Positions 33,765 to 45,800 of a DNA stretch of 64,000 bases are shown here, piece by piece. The stretch spans positions 16,193,208-16,257,207 of the forward strand of contig OU015568.1 in assembly GCA_907165135.1 (NCBI GenBank), in the 5' to 3' direction. The position numbers and the translations under genes are program-made. Every line of letters starts with the position of its first letter. Position 1 is the first letter of the stretch. The notes beneath the pieces are model-generated. The model did no database searches, was not told the DNA's origin, and saw nothing but the letters and a program-made list of their open reading frames with translations. This stretch comes from Oikopleura dioica. Taxonomy: Eukaryota > Animalia > Chordata.

Positions 33765-34199
33765 TGACGGCGGGAGTGAGTCTTTGTAAAGACTGAGTCT
33801 TCGCGCAAAGACTCAGTCTTTTTCTTCGGGCAGTGAGTCTTTTTTTTAGAAAAATAAAAGACTGAGTCTTTTTCGAACAATTGTTTACGTCTCTAGAAAA
33901 AAATTTGTTATTTCTTCTGAATCATTTCTATCCATCAGTTTCTTATTGAACATGAAGGAATAACCTAAAAGTCAGTAAAAATGACATTTCAAACCATTTT
34001 CTGACCGTCTGTGCGTTCCGCGCTTGTCTTAGAGGAAATTCATTGATAAAACAGGTTATACGTTTACCGCTTCGACTATATTTTCAAGTTGAAAAAGTTT
34101 CTAGAACAAAGACTCACTCCCGCCGTTACCGCGCGGTGACGGCGGGAATGAGTCTTTACAAAAAGACTCAGTCTTTACAAAGACTGACTCCCGCCGTCA
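33765..34199. mobile_element. Nested MITE inside the foldback element
   Basis: TIR tgacggcgggagt(g/c)agtctttgtaaagactgagtctt / aagactcagtctttacaaagactgactcccgccgtca. Confidence 0.65.
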
Positions 34200-36540
34200 C
34201 CCCTTCGGATCGGCTTTGCCCCGTCTAAGACTGTATTAAACAAATAAGACTGCCCCCTTCGGGTCTGCTTGGCCCCGTTTCAGACTGAATAGAGTAAACA
34301 GGGCATGTCTCCCCTTCGGGTCGGCTTCGCCCTGTCCCTGACTTAAAAAACAGGCATTGCCTCCCCTTCGGGTCGGCTTTGCCCCGTCCCTGACTGAATT
34401 ATATAAAGAGGCCTGGCCTCCCCTTCGGGTCGGCTTCCCCCTCTCCCTGACTTAATTTTATAAACAGGCGTTGGCTCCCCTTCGGGTCGGCTTCGCCCCG
34501 TCCCTGACTGAATTGAAAAATTAGGCGATGCCTCCCCTTCGGGTCGGCTTTGCCCCGTCCCTGACTGAATTATATAAGGAGGCCTGGCCTCCCCTTCGGG
34601 TCGGCTTCCCCCTCTCCCTGACTTAATTTTATAAACAGGCGTTGGCTCCGCTTCGGGTCGGCTTCGCCCCGTCCCTGACTGAATTAAAAAAACAGGCGAT
34701 GCCTCCCCTTCGGGTCGGCTTCGCCCTGTCCCTGACTGAATTGAATAAACAGGCGATGCCTCCCCTTCGGGTCGGCTTCGCCCCGTCCCTGACTGAATTG
34801 AAAAATTAGGCGATGCCTCCCCTTCGGGTCGGCTTTGCCCCGTCCCTGACTGAATTATATAAGGAGGCCTGGCCTCCCCTTCGGGTCGGCTTCCCCTCTC
34901 CCTGACTTAATTTTATAAACAGGCGTTGGCTCCGCTTCGGGTCGGCTTCGCCCCGTCTCTGACTGAATTAAAAAAACAGGCGATGCCTCCCCTTCGGGTC
35001 GGCTTCGCCCTGTCCCTGACTGAATTGAATAAACAGGCGATGCCTCCCCTTCGGGTCGGCTTCGCCCCGTCCCTGACTGAATTGAAAAAACAGGCGTAGC
35101 CTCTCCTTCGGGTCGGCTTTGCCTCGTCCCTGACTGAATTGAATAAAGAGGCGTTGCCTCCCCTTCGGGTCGGCTTCGTTCTGTTCCTGACTTAAAAAAC
35201 AGGCGTTGCCTCTCCTTCGGGTCGGCTTCGCTCTATCCCTGACTGAATTTAAATATAAGGCGTGGCCTCCCCTTCGGGTCGGCTTCGCCCCGTCTCTGAC
35301 CGAATTGAAGAAATAGGCGTTGCCTCCCCTTCGGGTCGTCTTCGTCCCGTCTCTGACCGAATTGAAAAAACAGGCGTTGCCTCCCCTTCGGGTCGGCTTC
35401 GCCCCGTCCCTGACTGAATTGAAAAAACAGGCGTAGCCTCTCCTTCGGGTCAGCTTCGCCCTATCCCTGACTGAATTTAATAATAAGGCGTGGCCTCCCC
35501 TTCGGGTCGGCTTCGCCCTATTCCTGACTGAATTTAATAATAAGGCGTGGCCTCCCCTTCGGGTTGGCTTCGCCCTGTCCCTGACTGAATTTAATTAACA
35601 GGCGTTGCCTCCCCTTCGGGTCGGCTTCGCCCCGTCCCTGACTGAATTGAAAAAACAGGCGTAGCCTCTCCTTCGGGTCAGCTTCGCCCTATCCCTGACT
35701 GAATTTAATAATAAGGCGTGGTCTCCCCTTCACGTCGGCTTCGCCCTATTCCTGACTGAATATAATAATAAGGCGTGGCCTCCCCTTCGGGTCGGCTTCG
35801 CCCTGTCCCTGACTGAATATAATAATAAGGCGTGGCCTCCCCTTCGGGTCGGCTTCGCCCTATCCCTGACTGAATTTAATAATAAGGCGTTGCCTCTCCT
35901 TCGGGTCGGCCTCGCCCTGTCCCTGACTGAATTGAATTAACAGGCGTGGGCTCCCCTTCGGGTCGGCTTCGCTCTGTCCCTGATTGAATTGAATAAACAG
36001 GTGTGGCCTTACCTTCGGGTCGGCTTCGCCCTATCCCTGACTGAATTTAATAATAAGGCGTTGCCTCCCCTTCGGGTCAGCCTCGCCCTGTCCCTGACTG
36101 AATTGAAATAACAGGCGTCGCCTCCCCTTCGGGTCGGCTTGGCCCTGTCCCTGACTGAATTGAATAAACAGGTGTGGCCTTACCTTCGGGTCGGCTTCGC
36201 CCTGTCCCTGACTGAATTGAATAAACAGGCGCTGCCTCCCCCTCGGGTCGGCTTCGCCCTATCCCTGACTGAATTTAATAATAAGGCGTTGCCTCCCCTT
36301 CGGTCCAGCCTCGCCCTGTCCCTGACTGGATTGAATTAGCAGGCGTCGCCTCCCCTTCGGGTCGGCTTCGCCCTGTCCCTGACTGAATTGAATAAACAGG
36401 CGTGGCCTCCCCTTCGGGTCGGCTTCGCTCTGTCCCTGATTGAATTGAATAAACAGGTGTGGCCTTACCTTCGGGTCGGCTTCGTCCTGTTCCTGACTGA
36501 ATTTAATAAACAGGCGTGGCCTTCCCTTCGGGTCGGCTTT
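34200..36540 (-). repeat. 57-bp tandem array, right arm (~41 units), inverted relative to the left
   Basis: Unit gcctccccttcgggtcggcttcgccctgtccctgactgaattgaataaacaggcgat. Confidence 0.9.
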
Positions 36541-37605
36541 GATTCTCAGACTTAGTTTAATTTATGTTAAGGCTTTGTTTACGCATAATATCGAAGAAAA
36601 CGGTTTTAAGAAACATGCAGTTTCTGTTGTGTCTATCATGGATTTATGGCATCCCAAAGTTTTTTTGACTGTTTAGGCAATTTTTGTTATATTGGCCCTG
36701 AGATAGTTGGTTTTTAGCAAAAGGGTCCAAACGGTTTTTCAAATGTTTCTCAAATGTTGGTCTTTAAGTAGTTATTTTTCCTTTAGGGCGGTCCTTTAGA
36801 AAGTCCTCCGGTAGAAAATGACCAAAACTAGCCATTAATGGCAATTATTGGCCCTGTATGGTCATCCAGAAATTTTTGTTAAAACTGGTCTTCCAGCGGT
36901 AAGTCATCCACCAGGTTGGTCCTCCGGGAGGTCCTCCGGCAGAAAATGACCAAAGCTTGCCGAAAATGTCAATTATTGTTCCTGTAAGGCTATTTATTAT
37001 TTTTTGTTAATATTGGTCTTCCAGCAGATAGTCTTCCACCAGGTTGGTCCTCCGGGAGGTCCTCCGGCAGAAAATGACCAAAGCTCGACAAAAGTGGCAA
37101 TAATTGTTCCTCTTAGGCTATTTATTATTTTTTAATATTGGTCTTCCAGCAGTTAGTTTTCCACCAGGGTGGTCCTCCGGGAAGTCCTCCGGCCAGACTC
37201 GACCGAATTCGACCATAAGTGGCCATATAACGGCCGAGCATGGCCATTTATTCAATATAATTAGTATTGGTTTAATAATTTAATAGTTTATACGAGAAAA
37301 TAACAAATTACGCAATATTTCAGGATTGCGATGAGCAATTTTCGATCTGAAGCAATTGTGACAATCCTTGGATCATAGAGAATAATTGAGTCTAAAAAAT
37401 CTGAAAATAAGTACGCCTGGTCCCTAGGCGAGTTCATAACTTTTTCTTAGATCGCGCCGCCCACGCTTCGTAATAATGAAATCACAAAATTTTTTCAAAA
37501 TTCTTGAATCGCAGTTCAGGCTTGAGATAACTGCACTTTTAGAATTTTGAAAATGTTACGTTTTCGACATTTTGTCAAAACCGAAAATTTATATTTTTCC
37601 GTCCC

Positions 37606-39223
37606 ATTGTCAGATGAATGAAGATTTTTTCGAGAGTAAAAAATCCCTCTATCTGATAATCGGTAAATGGGACAATTGTATCTTTTAAATCATTTTTTAT
37701 TGCCCATCTCAAAAGAACAGAAACCGAAATTGGGACACAAAGATTGCTTTCTTTTTGGTTAAATACATTCTTCGTCACGTTTTTGAAGTCGAAATTAATC
37801 TGTCTTGTCAGTTTCTGTTTGAGATTGGCCATTGCCGACGACTTAGTCAAATTTGGATCATCCAGGCAAAAATTTGGAGGCGCGTTTTTAGAGAAATTAT
37901 TTTTGACAAGTTTTTGATTTGTTTGGATGAGGGAGTTTCGTTTGATAGCCACTCAGCATTACATGCCTTGAATATTTCTTCAATTGCAGAAACAAGCTCT
38001 TTAAGAGGTAATACCTTTAGTTCTTTCTTGATCTTTTCTCTCTCGTCTTCTTCGATCGGTTTGAAGAGAAGGCTCCAGGCTGTTTTCCAATCACAAAGAA
38101 TCAAAACGTGTAGTGGTGAATACGCGTGTATTCTTCCTGCTCCTGCTTCACAAAGTTGATTACCTTCCGAAAAGGCAGCAGATCCAGCAACTGAGAAAAA
38201 ATATAACACGAGCTAATTATTTTCAAATAATTTCAATTCAAAACTTACACAAGTACCCATAAGCTCTATATTTTGCCCCTCTTCTCGCATAACCCATTCT
38301 TCTGTAGCTTTCCCTTCCAGTGTTCTCTTGAATTGTCCCAAAATCGATCCATTTGCATTCTTCATTTTTCAGTAAAATATTTTCCGGCTTCTGATCGCAA
38401 TGCAAAATTCCAATGCTCGCCAAGTACTTGTATCCATCTTGAACTCCGATCGCAATTCTCTTCCTTTCTTCTAAACTCAAATCTTCTTCTTTCAGTCTGC
38501 TTCTCAAATCGAATTCGCACTTTTCCATAATCGTAATCCATCCAAGGCAGTCCTCTCTTTTCTCGTCTTTGATTGAGTAAATTTCGATATTGCAGAAGTT
38601 TTTGATCACGTTTGGATGAACCGGGATAACTCGAGCGTCGTCTTCTTCGTAGATTTCAGCGATTTCGTAATCTTAAATTTGAGAAAATCAAAACATAATA
38701 AATAATTATAATAACCTTCGGAAAGATTAATTTCAAACTCAATTTCTTCATACTTCTCCACAAAAAGCGCCGAGTCAAAAGCCTGAACGCGAACGGCGAC
38801 TTCAAATTCTCCAAATTTTTCATTCGAAACAATCGCTTCTCCTCCGGCTGAAATTATTTTTTCCTGAAAAAATTCATCGAGAATCCATTCTCCAGTTTCT
38901 TCTTTCAGTTCTGAGCGTTGAATCATTCTCCCTTCGAGTTGCGGATTAATGTCGAGGATCATTTTTTGAAAAGAAGTTATTTCCCATTCTTCTGAAAAAA
39001 TTTTCTTCCAAAGCTTTCCAAAAACTTTTCCTTTTCCGTTTTCAAAAATGACCTCATCCCATCCAGCACAATCTTCATCTTCAAAGTCGTATCTCTCCAC
39101 GGACAAAATCAATCTGTCCAAATCTTCTCTGCTGGTCGTTCTCTTCAATTTCTTTTTGAAATCTTCCAGCCATTTTTCAACAGCTTCTCTTGTTAATTCT
39201 TTTGGATGCGAGGAAACTCGCAT
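37606..39223 (-). pseudogene. 5' part of kinase-papain copy C (inverted), disrupted by the foldback element
   Basis: MRVSSHPKELTREAVEKW..., VAVR, HCDQKPENILL, DFG, NQKESNLCVPIS. One-base deletion in a homopolymer at 37885-37889. Confidence 0.8.
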
Positions 39224-39518
39224 TTTTATAATTAAAATGTGATACGTCTTGGAGCAAATCGCCCGTAAAAAATCCTGAAAAATCCGCCCGAGAAATACAA
39301 GAATACCTTGAAGAATAGGTATTTACCCAGTCAACGGTGGACTATTCAACCACCTCTCGCGCCAAGCACACACTGCAATTGTTTCATCCTACTGTACTTC
39401 CCAAGGTCAATGAAGAAACCAAAAACCCGTTGAATGAGAAAAGTCGCAATGTTTGTATCGGGGTCCCTGATTCAGGGAAGTATTGAGAGTAGAGCTTGAC
39501 TGGCGGGCGGCCAGGTGG

Positions 39519-40125
39519 CGGCGCCACTCTTATCGGCTTGTTCTCGAATCGAGAATCTCGATAGAGCGAATTGGTCGCCGAATCCTAGCTCTGTTTTCTG
39601 TCGCTGGAAGCTGCGCTAGCCTTCTGTTGCTCTCTGGCGGTTTTTACTCGAACAATTCGCTGGAAGAAAAAATAACCAGCAACGGAACGGACGCACACAG
39701 TAATTCTTACGTCAATCAAATCTGTGAAAGTTGCGTATCCGACGCCTCCTGTGGATTTTGCTCTCAAAGCGGTGTACAAACCTGTCTATCAGTCAATCAA
39801 TCGGCTTGCAAAAATGGTGATGGCTCGTTTTGGTCGGAAGAGTACTGCCCAAAAACTACTGTTTCGTGGATGCCTTTTCTCGGCATGATTTTATATTTGT
39901 TTTTCTTTGCTTCTGGAATGGGACCTGTTCCATGGGCGGTCAACTCCGAGATTTGATGTGTACTCAATATTCGCACTAGTAGCTCTTATAGTTTTGTTTC
40001 TGTTTCTTCCTGAAACGAAAGGGGTACCGCTAGAAGACATCGCCTAAGTCCTCGAAGAAGGATGGATCGTCCCTTTCAAAAGAAGCCGCAATCCAGAAGA
40101 AAACGACCTGCAGGTCTAAGTTGAA
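39519..40125 (+). pseudogene. Duplicated 3' fragment of the SLC2A13-like gene
   Basis: Matches ~28265-29060. Internal deletion after NSEI and a GAA>TAA stop near 40046. No 5' half. Confidence 0.8.
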
Positions 40126-40141
40126 GACCCAGGCTCTAAAA

Positions 40142-40410
40142 GGGAAACGGTCGGACTCATTACCAATTGGTAACCCATTACCAATTGTGGTAACCCATTA
40201 CCAATTTTGAGAATGCATTACCAAATTCGTCAAAAAAGTGGCAATTTTTTTCATTCAAAGAGCGAGTGTGCGCTCCGCGCCTGTATAATAGAAAACTTGG
40301 TGGGTGTTTTATTCATAAACTTGGCGAAAAAGTTAAAATTAATTGATAATCGACTACCGAAAATTGGTAATGGGTTACCAAAAATTTTGGTAATGAGTCC
40401 GACCGTTCCC
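40142..40410. mobile_element. Mutator-like MITE (269 bp)
   Basis: TIR ggga(a)acggtcggactcattacca. 9-bp TSD gctctaaaa (40133-40141, 40411-40419). A related cattaccaattggtaat remnant lies at ~11810-11880. Confidence 0.85.
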
Positions 40411-40991
40411 GCTCTAAAAGGCTAGATACGTTGAAAAAGGCGTAATAAGATGACGTGCTTTCGGAAGCAACGTTCAGAGTAGGTACCAATTTGTTACCGA
40501 CCCAAAGATCCGACTATTCTGATTCTTACAAAATTCTCCAACTGACCGCGTCAACCAATTTCTAAACGCCAACCAATTTTCTAACACGATGTTATCTTCT
40601 AATCTCTCATTTCTACCAAAGTAAGAGCTCTTTGGCGCCTTTTTTGGCATAAATTTGAAAAATAAAAGTAAAAAAAAACTTATCACTTATAGAAGATGAA
40701 GAATATCTTTTTCTTTTTAGTTGCCATTGCATTTTGCGATCTAGCATGGCTCAATGCATGGGTGAGTAGAGATATTGATAGGGTTATCAATGATATGTGA
40801 TAACATTTCGTGGTGTCGTAACATCCTTCGGAGGACGTTCAAGTTTCCATGTACTTGATCCGATGATGGAGATTTTATCAACTGGATACACGTGGTTATC
40901 TCTTATACCTCGGTTTCATGATAATGAAAGCTCTTTTGCGCCACTCTCTCTATAAAACTAGTGAAGTTTTAAAGCACTTGTCAATTTAAAG

Positions 40992-42500
40992 ATGAAGAAC
41001 ATTGTTTTTATTTTACTTGAAATTGCACTCTGCGATCTAGCATGGGTAAGAAGAAATATTTTTATGCTATTCAAATTTGACGTAGTGTTGAAAACAATTT
41101 TGTTGTCTAGGCTTTGAACTTGGGCTTATTGAAATTTCAAACAAAAACGCTTTATAACAGTTTCTTTTTTGAAGACGCCGCCAGTTCAAGAAGCAACTTG
41201 CGAAGAAAATTTGATCGGAAATTTGCCAATCCGTGCATCAGAACTCCAACCTCCACCAGCGGGTATCATAGGAGCAAGGAAACAATTCTACCCTACCTGT
41301 GAAATCAGAGATACCGAAGAGTTTCAAATTAAAGTGAAAGTCGAGTGCAATTTTGCTAAAATACGAGCACATGGATTCAGGCGAGGGTTGAAATTTTAGT
41401 CTATAGGATGATTAGCGAGCATTATTGAAAAATTTATAATCTTCAAACATTATTAATTTATCCTCGTTTAGAAAATGGTCATACATTGTCAGAAGTTTTC
41501 CTGTTTTCGACATTAGAACCACATCCAATACATCCCCATTTTCACCGTTCTACTACTATGAAATTCTTGTCGGCAAGTTGAACTGGATCGATCCGAGTGC
41601 TGACACACTTCATTTTTTTGGAATAATAACGGCCAATCTCTAATTATTCGCGAGAATGATTGTTCTGAAGGAAGATACATGGAAATCGTCATCACTCAAG
41701 TATTCTAACTCAATTTTTCGAATTTTTACAGTGTTATTAGTGGTTCGGCGCTGATGGAAAAATTTTTAGAAGAATTGAAATCGACGGAATTTTAAGGGCG
41801 ATGCTCATTTCTGATGGCTTACCATTTACTCCTTCTATTATGCCTCATGTTCTCGGAGGCGACAGTGAAAAGAAAGAATTAGGAGGCGCTAGAGATTTAT
41901 ATGTTGTATCTGATCTTGGTGTCAAAGACTATGAAATCAAATCTTTCCGGCCTACAACAACAACAACTACAACAACGACAACAACAACAACAACCCCAAC
42001 TACAACCACAACAACAACCACAACCACAACAACAACAACAACCACAACCACAACAACAACAACAACAACCACAACCACAACAACAACAACAACAACAGTT
42101 GCAGAAAGAATATCGATTCTCCGTACACATGCTTCCGTAAGAGAGAAAGTGTATTTAGCAAACTTTTGTTTTTCTTCAGATAATTCTCGACAATATCGCT
42201 GGTACAGGTTTCGCCGAACGATACGAAGGAAGAACCAACAAAATTTTTGAGAAACTTACATTGTCCGCTACTGGAGAAGATTGTTACGAAGAAAATGGCT
42301 TCGATGAAGAGGACGAAGAATCAGCCGATTTGTCTGTTTTTGACAACAATGATATATGCAAACTGAACAAGCAAATCAATTCCGCGATTAACAGCCACGC
42401 TAGACATTATGCTTGCCAGGGAAGAGGCAAAGTGTATCGCCAAATCATTCGAGCCGCGAGGAAAGTCAAAGCATTCTTCCACGAACGAAACGATTGTTAA
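40992..42500 (+). CDS. Secreted protein with a poly-Thr mucin-like tract and a Cys-containing C-terminal domain (house/oikosin-like candidate)
   Basis: Signal-peptide exon MKNIVFILLEIALCDLAW|GT. ACN repeat of ~48 codons at ~41953-42097. Last exon ...CKLNKQINSAINSHARHYACQGRGKVYRQIIRAARKVKAFFHERNDC. Middle exons not fully resolved. A degenerate duplicate of exon 1 lies at 40696. Confidence 0.55.
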
Positions 42501-43179
42501 AAACATAGAAACTTCCCGGAAATTTCGAAAAAGAACATTTCTTGCACTATATTTCTCATCTGCCGCTTAAACAAATGCAAAAAACTATCCCTTATTCAAG
42601 GCAATATCGGAGTCGAATTAAACAGTATAGCTTCCCATGAATTAAAAGTAATTCAAAAGTAATAAATATCAAGCGAAGATATCGGTGTTGGAGATGGTGG
42701 AGGACTGGAAGGCTTCGTTTCACTTTGAGTTTTATAATCGAGGGGATTCAGTCGCCTTAAAATATCGATAAAACTGAAAAATCTTGATCTGCCGAACAGA
42801 TTTGAATAATTTTAGGGGCGAGACGACAATTCATAATAAAAAATAGTCCTCAGAATTCAAGAACTCCCAGTATTACCCTGAATTTAAAAAAGGTGAAAAA
42901 GGGTGGAGATTTGGGGAGCCGTGCAGATTATTTAATATTTAACTGTGAGATAGAATTGCCAAGCCGCGGGGCAGAGTTTGAGTTTTGTTATCGGCGAAAA
43001 TGCACTGAGCTATTTTTGTACACAATTCATGTCCTCTTCGGTGGACATGGTGATCACGTGAGTACTACAGTCAATTTTCTTGAGAAAATGATAAAAATAT
43101 CAAAAAGAGAGAGAAAATTTCTAATGAAAATTTCCAAAAACCAGTTTTTAAAAATGACCATTTTTGTTGCAGAAATTAA

Positions 43180-45602
43180 ATGAAAAAGCGCCTGACTTCC
43201 GGGTGGATTTCCTCGCACATGCACCGAAAAATCGTCACGTTATTCGTCAGCAGCATCGCCCTCGTCCTGATCCTCTTTTGCCTCGCTCCGTTAGAAAAAC
43301 GAACGCCCATCAAAAATTATCACACGAGAGGTAACATCGCCGTCGTTTTCGTCGTTTCTTTTTATATTTTTACCAGATAATATTTATCCACACCAGCCAA
43401 ACAGAGAATATCTTTTCTATCCAGCGAATGAAGAGCTTGACGATTTGCAAGGAAGAAGGTTTTTAAAAGTCAAAAATTTACGCACGCCAAAAGGTAAAAA
43501 TTATAGAATCATATTCCTACTGTCTTTCCTGGAAAAGCCCCTATTTTAAGCCTTATGTGCGGTTCTGGTGGGTTAAGGGGCGTGGTGGACCACCACTGGT
43601 GATTAGGTTTAGGTTTGGGTTCAGGAGCCTCGACTCGGCCCTGAACCTGAGTCATTGTCAAAAAGACTGAAAAGCCGCATTTGCCGCATATGATTACCGG
43701 TTTTTCAAAAACCAATGTCGATTTTCAAAAATAAAATTAACTGTTTATGTTGCAAAGAGGCTTCGCGGCTTCGTCATAATGAATTTCAAAAAGCCGCTAC
43801 GCGGCTTTCCATACAAGCCTTTCCGAACCTTAGTGAGGATATGTACACAAGAGCCTGGTTAGGGGCAGCTCAAAGCACAACTCCCTACTACCGAAACTCT
43901 CACAACCGAAACGAGGATCTAAGCTAACTAAGCCTGCAAGTAAAAACACACAAAAGTTGATATAAGAAATTGATTTTATTCAGGTAAAAAAGAAGAAAAC
44001 CGGCCAGTAAGGCAAAGAGCACATTGATTCAGAATATGCTATTCTGATGAGTTTGTTCGCTTCTTTCGAGTAACTTTCTTCTTCTTCTTTTTGAAGAAAT
44101 CTAAAGATAATTAAATATAAAAAAACATTAAATTTACCTATATTTGCTGCTTTCCGGACTGTGAACATCCGAAGACTGAAGAAATTCCCATTTTTGCCCA
44201 AACAACAAGCCACGTTCTAGAGACGAATTCTCAAAATTCCCAAAATTTGACCTTCAAATTCAGACGATGAGTGCCAAGCAGACCCGGACGGGCGAGAAAA
44301 GCGCAAATTACTGCCAAATGTCATCGGCTTAGGAGCTAAGAAATGCGGCACCACCGCGCTGCACTACTACATGACGGCGCATCCGAAAGTCAAAGTCTCT
44401 CCAGATCACGAAGAGCTCGCTTTCTTCGACAAAAAATGGGAAAACGGGATCGACTGGTATCTCGATCGACTGCCAGAAGTTGCAGAAGATGAAATCGTTT
44501 TTGAAAAGACGCCGAAATACTTTGTCTACCCACCAGGTTTGTCAACTAACAACTTGAATTATCCGATACAGCTCTTCCCTTACCCCTTTCTAGCGCTTGA
44601 TCGGATAGCAGAAACCGTTCCAAACGCAAAATTCATCTTGGTGATTTGCAACCCGATCGACCGCGCCTTTTCCGATTTCAACCACAAAGTTCGCAAATCG
44701 TCTGGCTTCAGAAATTTCCTCGCACAAAATCAGATTCAAAACTTTGACGATTTCGTGATGCGCACTTCGACCAGGCTGAGAATTTTGAAGGAAAAGAAGA
44801 TGACGGCGCTGTTGGAAAATGATTTGTACAATAGTACTACGAATAATGGTCATTTATCCATCCTAACAGGTATTTTTTCAAAACCTAAAACAATAAAACT
44901 TAACAGCCTGTGTAGGAAACCTGAGTCAGGGTCTGAAAGATCTCTAGTGCAAAGCCGCGTAGCGGCTATTTATTTAATGAAGCCGCAAAGCGGCTTCGTT
45001 TTCGAAAAAGCCGCTACCCGGCTTTGCACTAGAGATCTTTCAGACCCTGACTCAGGTTTTCTACACAGGCTCCCAAGTCTAGATCCCAGCATATCTGCCT
45101 GTGGAAATTTTTTTTCTGACAAACCCTCTTTTTTAGTCGGTTTCTATTCGTATTATCTTCAAAAATTCATCGCGAAATTCTCCCGCCAACAGTTTTTAAT
45201 CTTGACTGGAGAAGAAATCCGCCACTCTCCCCGAGAAGTAAGAAATGAACTTGCGCCGCTTTTTTAAATTAGTAATCAGGTTATGGACAAAGTACAGGGC
45301 TTCATGGACTTGCCGCGCTGCGTCACTGGCGACAACTTTGTGTTTAATTCAACCAAGGGCTTCTACTGCGTCGTTAATTACAAGGGCGAGGAAGTTTGCT
45401 TGGACTCCAGTAAGGGAACCAGCAGGTATATCTAGCACGAAAAGAATAAGGAATCAAATGTTTCTTTTGAAGGAAAGGAGAGGAGCAAAAATACTTGATA
45501 GAAACAGCCGAAGAATTGGCAAATCTCTACGGGCCCTACAATCGTGAGCTTTCCAAACTCGGCATCAATGTTTCCTGGCCCTTTCCAACTGAAGAACCCT
45601 AG
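43180..45602 (+). CDS. Heparan sulfate 3-O-sulfotransferase-like type II membrane sulfotransferase
   Basis: N-terminal TM segment. 5'-PSB motif LGAKKCGTTAL, EELAFFD..WENGIDWY, FEKTPKYF, NPIDRAFSDF, FNSTKGFYC. Several short introns and two long ones. Confidence 0.8.
44895..45085. mobile_element. CCTGAGTCAGG-family MITE in a sulfotransferase intron
   Basis: cctgtgtaggaaacctgagtcagggtctgaaagatctctagtgc / gcactagagatctttcagaccctgactcaggttttctacacagg. Confidence 0.85.
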
Positions 45603-45689
45603 AAGCAAAACACTATTTATACGATTATATTTACTATACAAACTGCCATACAACTTCAATTATCAATAAATGCACCTACTAGCAACAGA

Positions 45690-45800
45690 AAGCTCGGCAA
45701 CCTGTGTAGAAAACCTGAGTCAGGGTCTGAAATATCATAAATGAAAAGCAGCAACCCTGACTCAGGTTTTCTACACAGATTTTCGAGCCCAGCTTGAGCC
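45690..45800. mobile_element. CCTGAGTCAGG-family MITE
   Basis: gctcggcaacctgtgtagaaaacctgagtcagggt ... accctgactcaggttttctacacag. Confidence 0.8.

Larger units (their letters stand above)
29970..37605. mobile_element. 7.6-kb foldback-type transposon with modular long inverted repeats
   Basis: Ends gggacggaaaaatataaattttcgg / ccgaaaatttatatttttccgtccc. TSD ATT (or CATTG if the ends start one base inward). Near-identical mirror arms >1.5 kb. Interrupts a coding exon. Confidence 0.9.

Noticed and set aside
31040-36540. CRISPR-like reading of the 57-bp arrays (conserved block plus variable segment)
   Set aside because: Eukaryotic context and no cas genes. The variable part is a ~15-nt homologous AT-rich linker, not unique spacers. 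The arrays form transposon arms.
34200-36540. Hammerhead ribozyme in the repeat (CTGACTGA...GAAA)
   Set aside because: The core would need CUGANGA plus a helix II before GAAA. Spacing is off by one, there is no stem II, and GAAA is not conserved.
41897-42140. Poly-Cys and poly-Gln ORFs
   Set aside because: Alternative frames and strand of the ACN poly-Thr tract.
44371-45267. Single 298-aa sulfotransferase ORF from the track
   Set aside because: It reads through two introns, including a MITE (LCRKPESGS...). The same peptide text appears in other MITE-derived ORFs (25157, 45656, 51248, 61194).
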